Source of the DNA: Campylobacterota bacterium
Lineage (GTDB): Bacteria > Campylobacterota > Campylobacteria > Campylobacterales > Sulfurovaceae
Reading direction: 5' to 3'
NCBI GenBank assembly: GCA_034722955.1
Contig: JAYEOM010000042.1
Location: 2,165 to 48,012 of the forward strand
DNA length: 45,848 bases
In this document: one piece after another, positions 38,806-45,848 of the stretch
Layout: each line of letters opens with the position of its first letter
Position numbering within the stretch: position 1 is the stretch's first letter
The notes under the pieces: generated by a model
Databases searched by the model: none
Seen by the model: the letters and a program-made list of their open reading frames with translations, nothing else
Told to the model about the DNA's origin: nothing
Made by a program: the position numbers and the translations under genes

Positions 38806-40701
38806 TCATTTGATCTGTTTGAGCCATATCTCCATATCTGCATCACTAGGCATACGCCAGTCTGCACGGGGAGAGAGGCTGATAGTTCCTATCTTGGGAC
38901 CATCAGGCATACAGCTTCGCTTGAACTGTTGAGTAAAGAGACGCTTGATAAATAGAGTAAGCCATTTTTTGATACTCTCTCTATCATACTCTCTTTCAAA
39001 TGCTTTGGAGGCTAGTAGGAGTATTTTGCTTGGTTGGGCACCATATTTGATAGTATGATATAGGAAAAAATCATGCAGTTCATAAGGTCCCACTATAGAC
39101 TCCGTCTCTTGTACTATCTCGTCATCATTGTGAGGGAGAAGTTCTGGTGAGATAGGAGTATCAAGAATATCATGCAGTATATGGGCTATAGCTTTATTGC
39201 TAGTAAAATATTCGATTACATATCGGATGAGAGTTTTAGGTATACCACTGTTGAGAGCATACATGCTCATGTGATCACCATTGTAGGTACTCCAGCCTAG
39301 TGCTACCTCACTAAGGTCTCCTGTGCCTATGACAAGACCACCCTGCTTGTTTGCCAAGTTCATCAATATCGAAGTTCTAGCTCTAGCTTGTACATTTTCA
39401 TAAGTTATACTATGTTCATCTCTGTTGTGATCTATAGCTTCAAACTCTTGGAGCGACAACTCTCTGATATCAATGCTCTTGAGTGTAACACCAAGAGCTT
39501 CACAGAGCTCTAAGGCATTGTTCTTGGTTCGTGTAGTTGTACCAAACCCCGGCATAGTAATAGCGATGATATCTCTATGATCCCATCCCATGATCTCAAA
39601 TGCTCTGTGTGTAGATAGCAGAGCTAGAGTAGAGTCCAACCCTCCAGATATACCGACAATGGCTTTTGATATGTGAGCATGGGTCATGCGCTTGATGAGT
39701 CCATGAGCTTGGATATGGATGATCTCATCACAGCGATGAGACTTCTCCTCTCTGTCACTAGGCACAAACGGATGTGCATCTATAAACCTATCGATACTGC
39801 TGAGTCTGGGAGTAGAAGCTACCTTTATGATGCGTACCTTTTTTCGTCTAGCATCGGCAAAGCTGCTCTCGGCAAGCCTCAGCCAGACTAGTTTTTGCAG
39901 ATCCACATCAGCTGTGATGAGTCGGTTTTCTAGCCTGAATCGCTCACCTCTTGCGAGAAGTGATCCATATTCGCATATGAGAGTATCTCCGCCAAAGACG
40001 GTATCGGTAGTAGATTCACCCACTCCACTGGATGCATAGGCGTATGCACAGATCGCTCTGGCACTTTGAGACTTGACAAGAGTCTCTCTATACTCAGCTT
40101 TGCCGATGAGTTCATTGCTTGCTGAGAGGTTGAGTATGAGGGTGGCTCCGTTGCTTGCCATATGGTTGCTAGGTGGTGTTACAGCCCATAGATCTTCGCA
40201 TATCTCTACTCCAAAGATGAGGTTATCATCATATCTGAATAGCAGATCTACCCCAAAAGGTATCTCCTCTCCTAGATACTCTGTCGTTGTCCGTACTATG
40301 TCATTGCCACTGGTAAATTGTCGTTTTTCATAGAACTCTTTATTGTTTGGCAGATAGCTTTTGGGAACGATACCGACTATTTTGCCTGATTGGATAACCA
40401 CAGCACAGTTGTAGAGTCGGTTGGCATCTAGCAGTGCTATACCGATGGCAGCGATAGTCTCTATATCTTTAGTCATATTCAAGATAGTGCGTAGTGCTTC
40501 ATTTTGATCGGCATAGAGTCTCTGCTGAAAGAAGAGGTCACTAGCAGTATATCCAGTAAGAGTAAGCTCAGGAAACACTACGACACTCACCTCTCTATCG
40601 TACGCCTCTTTTATGAGTTTGATCACCTCTTGGGCATTTTTTGCAGGATTTGCTACAGCTGTTTTGTTGACAGCCGCAGCGATACGATAAAAACCATGCA
40701 T
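38806..40701 (-). CDS. nadE: Glutamine-dependent NAD+ synthetase
   Basis: Nitrilase domain (FPEL, PKSYLP, EICEDLW) fused to a synthetase domain (GISGGLDS, ENVQAR, TPISPEL). Confidence 0.95.
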   Translation of the reverse strand: MHGFYRIAAAVNKTAVANPAKNAQEVIKLIKEAYDREVSVVVFPELTLTGYTASDLFFQQRLYADQNEALRTILNMTKDIETIAAIGIALLDANRLYNCAVVIQSGKIVGIVPKSYLPNNKEFYEKRQFTSGNDIVRTTTEYLGEEIPFGVDLLFRYDDNLIFGVEICEDLWAVTPPSNHMASNGATLILNLSASNELIGKAEYRETLVKSQSARAICAYAYASSGVGESTTDTVFGGDTLICEYGSLLARGERFRLENRLITADVDLQKLVWLRLAESSFADARRKKVRIIKVASTPRLSSIDRFIDAHPFVPSDREEKSHRCDEIIHIQAHGLIKRMTHAHISKAIVGISGGLDSTLALLSTHRAFEIMGWDHRDIIAITMPGFGTTTRTKNNALELCEALGVTLKSIDIRELSLQEFEAIDHNRDEHSITYENVQARARTSILMNLANKQGGLVIGTGDLSEVALGWSTYNGDHMSMYALNSGIPKTLIRYVIEYFTSNKAIAHILHDILDTPISPELLPHNDDEIVQETESIVGPYELHDFFLYHTIKYGAQPSKILLLASKAFEREYDRESIKKWLTLFIKRLFTQQFKRSCMPDGPKIGTISLSPRADWRMPSDADMEIWLKQIK

Positions 40702-40848
40702 ACTTAAACCTTTTCATTTGAGAAATAATAGTAAGTATATCCTTATTCTCCTTATTGTCGAGCAGACAACAGTTCAGACTCAAAAGGAGAAAAAGGCAAA
40801 AGGTTAATCGATGATTTTCTCGCAAATGCCCTAGGTGCAATTAGCTTT

Positions 40849-40928
40849 GGCTACTCCTGCGAATTATATTTTGCAAATCTTACCCTCTCTGTGGCTTCTA
40901 TCTGGGTGTTTGTTTCGTTGGGGTAGCC
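40849..40928. mobile_element. 80-bp MITE-like element with imperfect terminal inverted repeats
   Basis: GGCTACTCC ... GGGGTAGCC (8/9 IR); a second, truncated copy at 41553-41619. Confidence 0.55.
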
Positions 40929-40938
40929 TTAGTAGTCC

Positions 40939-41229
40939 CTATTGCATATTTCGGGTTAAAATCTCTTTTCGTTTCTGTGTAAATTTCCACCAAGGCTGAG
41001 GCTCTTCACCTTCCATGAAATCTACTACAGACATAAATACATCAATAACACAATGGTCAATATGTTTGCCTTTTTTTATACAAAGTTTATCGTATAAATC
41101 AAAGGGATCCTTTCCAATTAAGTGTTTAGGTTCGGATATACCTATTGATCTAAGGTCTGAACTAATAGCTTTTCCAAGATTTGGCAAGGCTTCTAGTTTT
41201 GAAACAGTCTCTCTATTTGGATTTTTCAT
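40939..41229 (-). CDS. Helix-hairpin-helix protein, Cdd1 pathogenicity-locus / mitomycin-resistance McrB-like
   Basis: LEALPNLGKAI..DL..IGI, GKDPFDLYDKLC, DHCVIDVF, PWWKFT; AAGGA RBS. Confidence 0.85.
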   Translation of the reverse strand: MKNPNRETVSKLEALPNLGKAISSDLRSIGISEPKHLIGKDPFDLYDKLCIKKGKHIDHCVIDVFMSVVDFMEGEEPQPWWKFTQKRKEILTRNMQ

Positions 41230-41303
41230 ATTTTCCTTGTGTGTATAAAATTGACAATATGTAATAATTGCTTTTCAAAAGGCTTTTTGTAAATTATTTG
41301 CAT
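41226..41303 (-). pseudogene. Truncated RelE/ParE-type toxin N-terminus
   Basis: MQIIYKKPFEKQLLHIVNFI(HTRKI*) starts immediately after the antitoxin-like stop (TAAATG). Confidence 0.55.
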
Positions 41304-41414
41304 TTATCTATTTATAGATTTTAGGTGCTGGTTTATTAGATTGCTCCATAAATCATCTTGTGAAATCATTTCAGCTTTTCCGCTTTCTACCTCTTCTAAG
41401 TCTTGATGTAATCT
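41304..41414 (-). pseudogene. 5'-deleted antitoxin C-terminus
   Basis: RLHQDLEEVESGKAEMISQDDLWSNLINQHLKSINR*, with no start codon upstream of the conserved part; TGTTATAAT promoter at 41427-41435. Confidence 0.55.
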
Positions 41415-41552
41415 AAAATATTTTAAATTATAACATCCTTAACTTTCGTACCTAAAATCTAACCAAATAATACCACAATACCCCTAAACACCTAACTCCA
41501 AAAAGCAAATTTTCACACCTATTGTAATAAAGACAAATTTATGACAGATAAG

Positions 41553-41619
41553 ATTATATTTTGCAAATCTTACCCTCTCTGTGGCTTCTATTTGGGTGTT
41601 TATTTCATTGGGGTAGCCT
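41553..41619. repeat. 67-bp direct repeat of 40863-40929
   Basis: ATTATATTTTGCAAATCTTACCCTCTCTGTGGCTTCTA...TTGGGGTAGCCT; 64/67 identical. Confidence 0.92.
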
Positions 41620-41621
41620 AA

Positions 41622-42188
41622 CTAAACAGAACCCATCAACTGCTTGGAACTTTCACCTACGAGAGCGAGCATCTCATCATATGATTTTGTAGCCTCTTCT
41701 ATATCATTGTCTTGTAACTCTTCGTAGAGTTTTTCTATCTTCTCTTCACTCTTTTTGAGGCGTTTCATATCGCTCTTTTCCAAGTCTGCCAATTCAAGTA
41801 ACTCATTCCATACAGAACTCTCATCGAGCATAATAGCAGTAAACTTCACACCCTCATACTCAAATGTACCATTACCATCCAAATCAGTCACTAGTAGGAT
41901 GTAGAGAGCATCTTTGCTCCAAAATGATTTATACTTTTCAAACATAGGCTTAAAGTCATGAAAGCTCTCAAGTTCACAAGCTAAGAACTTCATACTACTC
42001 TCATCATTTATCATAATAACTTGTCTAGCGAGTATCTTTGGAGGGAGTTTTCTATTAGGAGAGAGTGCTTTACCCTCCTCTACTATCAATGCTCCTCTAT
42101 ATCCAAGCAGACCATCACTCAACTCTCCATTGAATGATGGCTGCCAATCCAACTCATTCTCTTTGATATACTCTATTACTGTAGACAT
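41622..42188 (-). CDS. Hypothetical acidic protein
   Basis: 188-aa ORF, AAGGA RBS, host-like codon style. Confidence 0.8.
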   Translation of the reverse strand: MSTVIEYIKENELDWQPSFNGELSDGLLGYRGALIVEEGKALSPNRKLPPKILARQVIMINDESSMKFLACELESFHDFKPMFEKYKSFWSKDALYILLVTDLDGNGTFEYEGVKFTAIMLDESSVWNELLELADLEKSDMKRLKKSEEKIEKLYEELQDNDIEEATKSYDEMLALVGESSKQLMGSV

Positions 42189-42263
42189 AATTAATCCTTA
42201 ATATTATTTAAATCCTAAATATGCAATTGTTGTTCCCTAGAGAATCTCAGAGAGACAAGCCCT

Positions 42264-43823
42264 TTAGAGCATATAGTGTTCATACTCTTTAGGATAGGGT
42301 TTGTGGAGGAGGTCTCCACGGTTGAGCGGTGTGAAGAGTTCATCATAGCGTCTATATCGGGTTTGGTCTATACGATAAAATATATGCGTACGGTTGAGCT
42401 GGCTCGGTTCGGAGAGTCCTGCGGATGCATAGATCTCTACAAAGCTCTTGAGTGTCTCTTGGTGGAAGTTGGCGACTCTGCGTTTCTTGTCACTCACTAC
42501 GAGTGCGGAGGCGAGAGATTTGTCTTGAGTGGCGATGCCTGTGGGGCATTTGTTTTTGTGGCACTGGAGGGCTTGGATACACCCTAGAGAAAACATCATA
42601 CCCCTAGCACTCGCACAGAGGTCAGCACCCACTGCTAGCACTTTGACCATATCCATACCATCTATGATACGCCCTGATGCTATCACCTTGATATCCTCTC
42701 GCAAGCCAAAGCCCACGAGTGTATCCACCACAAAGACCAAAGCCTCTCGTAGTGGCATACCCACAGAGTTGGTATACTCCACTGGAGCTGCTCCTGTACC
42801 GCCCTCACCACCATCTACTGTGATAAAGTCTGGTTTGATACCTGAGTCATGCATAGCTCTACAGATAGCTATGAACTCCTCTTTTCTCCCTATAGCGAGC
42901 TTGAAGCCTATAGGTTTGCCGCCACTCAGCTCTCGAAGCTCTTGGACGAACTCCAACAAGCCATGCTCTGATGCAAATGCAGAGTGTTTGGGTGGAGAGT
43001 CGACTTGTGTATAGGGTTTGACCCCTCGCACTTCGGCTATCTCTGGAGTGTTTTTATTCGCTGGGAGTATGCCTCCATGTCCTGGTTTGGCTCCTTGGGA
43101 GAGTTTGATCTCTACCATCTTGATATTGGTGAGCTTGGCTTTCTCTTTGAACTTCTCAGGTGAGAACCCTCCCTGCTCATCACGACAACCAAAATACCCC
43201 GTACCTATCTGCCATATAATATCAGCACCCGTACTGAGGTGGTATTGGCTCAAGCCTCCCTCGCCACTATTGTGTGCGAATCCACCTATCTTGGCTCCAT
43301 TACCTAGGGAGAGTACTGCATTGGCACTCAATGCCCCAAAGCTCATCGCAGAGATATTGAGTACACTAGCACTATAGGGTTGCGAGCAGTTGGCTCCCCC
43401 TATGAGGACACGAGGGCTTTGGTCGAGGGTGTGTGCATCTATGGCTTGCAGAGAGTGTCCTATCCACTCATAGCCAGGGCGATAGAGATCGACTTTTGTT
43501 CCGAATGGGATGGTACTCATCATCTTTTTGGAGCGGCGATAGACCAAACCGCGTGTTTGGCGGTTGAAGGGGACACCATCTATGTCTGATTCGATAAAGT
43601 ATTGACGGATAGGCGGTCGCATCTCCTCTAGCACCCAGCGAAAACGCCCAACTATCGGATAGTTCCTCCAGAGAGAGTGTTTGGTCTGATAGATATCATA
43701 CCAACCTATAGCAACCACCAAGGCATAAGGAAGAACTATCCACCACAAAAAGGGATAGAAGAGTATGATAGGCAAGAGTATCAGCAGAGTTATAATAGTA
43801 AATTTCATAAATTGTTTTTTCAT
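42264..43823 (-). CDS. FMN-binding glutamate synthase family protein (membrane-anchored)
   Basis: N-terminal TM, NISAMSFGALS, EIKLSQGAKPGHGGILP, VDGGEGGTGAAP, CIQALQCHKNKCPTG. Confidence 0.93.
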   Translation of the reverse strand: MKKQFMKFTIITLLILLPIILFYPFLWWIVLPYALVVAIGWYDIYQTKHSLWRNYPIVGRFRWVLEEMRPPIRQYFIESDIDGVPFNRQTRGLVYRRSKKMMSTIPFGTKVDLYRPGYEWIGHSLQAIDAHTLDQSPRVLIGGANCSQPYSASVLNISAMSFGALSANAVLSLGNGAKIGGFAHNSGEGGLSQYHLSTGADIIWQIGTGYFGCRDEQGGFSPEKFKEKAKLTNIKMVEIKLSQGAKPGHGGILPANKNTPEIAEVRGVKPYTQVDSPPKHSAFASEHGLLEFVQELRELSGGKPIGFKLAIGRKEEFIAICRAMHDSGIKPDFITVDGGEGGTGAAPVEYTNSVGMPLREALVFVVDTLVGFGLREDIKVIASGRIIDGMDMVKVLAVGADLCASARGMMFSLGCIQALQCHKNKCPTGIATQDKSLASALVVSDKKRRVANFHQETLKSFVEIYASAGLSEPSQLNRTHIFYRIDQTRYRRYDELFTPLNRGDLLHKPYPKEYEHYML

Positions 43824-43901
43824 TTTTGTTTCATCTCCATAATCTTTTAAGTATATTTAGGCTTTATATAGTAGCAGAAGTTCCTAAACTTATCTTTGAG
43901 A

Positions 43902-45170
43902 TTATCGCCCTATCGCCAAAAGATACAAGATATTATCACTACTCTGCAAAAACTGTTTTGTCTCATCATCATAGTAAGCTCCCAACCCACTACACCCTAT
44001 ATCCAGCAGTTCACAACGAAGATAGATGATATGGGCTATAAAGCCAGAGAGTATGGTTGTTTTTTGGTATTTTTCGACTTCTGCAGAGGTAAAATAGAAA
44101 GTTACAGCACTCATGCTACCCAGCTTCTGCTCTAGGCTTAAGTACTGTGAACGCTCTTGGAAATCACCCTCTTTTTCTAATACACCATTTTTGTAGAGAC
44201 CTTGAGAGGTATCTGTAACGCGGTGGAGGGTGTAGTAGATGTTGATCCCCTGCGATAGAGCAAAGTCAAAGAGATTTTTGATGATCGTGCGGAAACTTTC
44301 AGCAGTGATCATCTCACCTCGAAAGGCACGGATAGAGCGTCTTTGGAGTATCGCCTCTTTGAGCTGTTCTCTAGGAACATTGAGGAAAAAAGAGGGCAGT
44401 GCTAGAGGTGCATCACTATAGAGAGCAGACTCCCTGTAGGCATCTTCTACAAATTTGTTGCTCTCTAGGTAGTCACAAGGAGCCACATAGGGTAGTGTCT
44501 GTTTGAGTGCTGTCGTCTCTATGCTACTACTCTCTCTATCCTCTTGCTTCTCATAGATAGAGGCGAGTGCTAGCTCTTCATCCCGAAAGCCAAAGGCTTC
44601 ATTGATAACAAACTTATCAAAGTCAAACTCCATAGAACTCTCTTTGCCCATTATACAAAGTGCAGCATAGATGGAGCCTAGCTGATGCCCTGTATCGAGC
44701 AGTATATAGCGGATACTTCTATCACGGTACTTCCAAGACGATCTAAAATATACAGCAGAGACAAGAAAAGAGACTCCTCTCCTCGGTTTTGTATCAGGGA
44801 AATAGGACTCTATACCATCCCTCTCTATCTCTTGGATAAGTGCGAGTTTGCATCTGTGGGGTTCATAGTGGTAGATACCATTGATAAGACCTTTGATGCC
44901 TCGTAGTTGGATATAGACTTCGCAGGGGTAGAGACCTCCTGCACTAGGTACTGTACGGAGTAGATAATCTCCATCAGGATAGTGCTTCTCAAAGGTGATA
45001 CCCGATATGAGATTGAAATCTGCAAGCTCTGGGTAGTCATCTATAGCAAATCGTGGATAGAAGTGAGGGTATGTTTTGAAGTTTTTGGGCTGTGTCTGCC
45101 AATCCAAAAAGAAAGCATTTTTTCTCACTGATTGGAAGCTGTGTTTGGTTTGTTGGTGAAATAGAGGCAT
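43902..45170 (-). CDS. SagB/ThcOx-family tandem nitroreductase
   Basis: RTVPSAGGLYPCE, WKYRDRSIRYILLDTGH; second domain RRSIRAF, GCSGLGAYYD. Confidence 0.9.
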   Translation of the reverse strand: MPLFHQQTKHSFQSVRKNAFFLDWQTQPKNFKTYPHFYPRFAIDDYPELADFNLISGITFEKHYPDGDYLLRTVPSAGGLYPCEVYIQLRGIKGLINGIYHYEPHRCKLALIQEIERDGIESYFPDTKPRRGVSFLVSAVYFRSSWKYRDRSIRYILLDTGHQLGSIYAALCIMGKESSMEFDFDKFVINEAFGFRDEELALASIYEKQEDRESSSIETTALKQTLPYVAPCDYLESNKFVEDAYRESALYSDAPLALPSFFLNVPREQLKEAILQRRSIRAFRGEMITAESFRTIIKNLFDFALSQGINIYYTLHRVTDTSQGLYKNGVLEKEGDFQERSQYLSLEQKLGSMSAVTFYFTSAEVEKYQKTTILSGFIAHIIYLRCELLDIGCSGLGAYYDDETKQFLQSSDNILYLLAIGR

Positions 45171-45248
45171 TTTACTCTCTCTTTTTGTATCGCTTGGTCA
45201 ATCGAGCAAAATCATAAAAATCACTCAACATCAGATATCGAAGTTGAT

Positions 45249-45647
45249 TTAGACAAACTTCATCGCCATCTCTTTGAGGATGGCATCACTGCTTGGGGAA
45301 GTTCCTCTGTATTTGACGATAGATATATCATAAGGCTTCATAGCATTGACTGTATTTTTACACGCTTTTTTGACGACGAGATAGTCACAGCTATTTAGTG
45401 CTGTTCCCATCTTGTTGTGTTGGGCTATATGCTCAGCATCATCATGGTCGTGACTACACTGATGATCCTCTCCCTCATCATGGTGGTGGTCGAGATCACT
45501 TCGTGGGTTATCTACTATCTCTAGCATTTTAAAAGATTTGAACATCCCTGCACCTATCATCTCATAGATAGCAAACTTTGGTGTATGTCCTGCATTGCCT
45601 ACAAATTTCATTGATTCATCTTTTACTGGTACGGCTATTTTTATCAT
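45249..45647 (-). CDS. NifX/NifB-like (FeMo-co-binding fold) protein with His-rich insert
   Basis: IKIAVP...GHTPKFAIY...EIVDNP...L.CDYLVV pattern; DHHHDEGEDHQCSHDHDDAEH insert. Confidence 0.7.
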   Translation of the reverse strand: MIKIAVPVKDESMKFVGNAGHTPKFAIYEMIGAGMFKSFKMLEIVDNPRSDLDHHHDEGEDHQCSHDHDDAEHIAQHNKMGTALNSCDYLVVKKACKNTVNAMKPYDISIVKYRGTSPSSDAILKEMAMKFV

Positions 45648-45848
45648 TATAATCCTTTTAATCTCTATTAATTTTTTGACATTCTACTCAAAAATAGTAA
45701 ATAGACCTACTTAACTAAGAGCCCAAATAAATCCAACCCAAATCCCAACCTCCGCTATATCCTAAAAAGCACTATTTTTTTGCTAAAAACCTATAGCTTA
45801 TAAACTAAAGAATATCTATCTCATCACACCTCTCTCTTTTTTTGATAT

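Noticed and set aside
40702..40848. NAD-sensing riboswitch upstream of nadE
   Set aside because: Only a small hairpin (TTGTC..GACAA) is present, with no resemblance I can support to known classes.
41427..41435. GTTATAA as an integron attC/attI core
   Set aside because: Better explained as an extended -10 promoter (TGTTATAAT); no complementary attC arm was found.
676..45040. Numerous 60-190 aa antisense or alternate-frame ORFs in the track (e.g. 13237..13800, 29254..29775, 42529..43014)
   Set aside because: They are shadows of well-supported genes, with no recognisable motifs.
43902..45170. Azole-RiPP biosynthetic cluster
   Set aside because: The SagB-like gene has no YcaO cyclodehydratase or precursor peptide nearby.

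Overview
Chromosomal window from an AT-rich Campylobacterota bacterium, most likely Sulfurovum-like (inferred from gene order and protein style). Most of it is conserved housekeeping DNA: pdxJ-pdxA; ctpA-purC-purS-purQ-SH3-plsC-crcB; clpB; pyrD-M16 peptidase-dapA-SDR; lpxB-queH-fabZ-lpxA-clpX-mreB-mreC-carB-tsaC; cspA-DEAD helicase; nadE-rmuC. It also encodes a single-chain pyruvate:ferredoxin/flavodoxin oxidoreductase, an NlpC/P60 peptidase, an FMN glutamate-synthase-like protein, a SagB-type nitroreductase and a His-rich NifX-like protein. Four accessory spots stand out. (1) 1-3300 holds several GTAG-type REP hairpins, a REP doublet and orphan genes. (2) 8950-9136 is an unannotated structured-RNA locus with a frameshifted small hydrophobic ORF whose Shine-Dalgarno is sequestered by a long-range 5'-3' pairing, resembling a type I toxin-antitoxin mRNA. 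(3) 21510-24245 is a tandem pair of secreted six-repeat FG-GAP beta-propeller genes with signs of blade exchange; between them lies an internally deleted ISAs1-transposase-derived gene with strong expression signals, a candidate domesticated regulator. (4) 40849-41619 is a module bounded by 67-bp direct repeats of a MITE-like element, carrying a decayed ParE-type toxin-antitoxin pair and a Cdd1/McrB-like gene. No rRNA, tRNA or CRISPR array was seen. All calls come from manual reading, without database searches.
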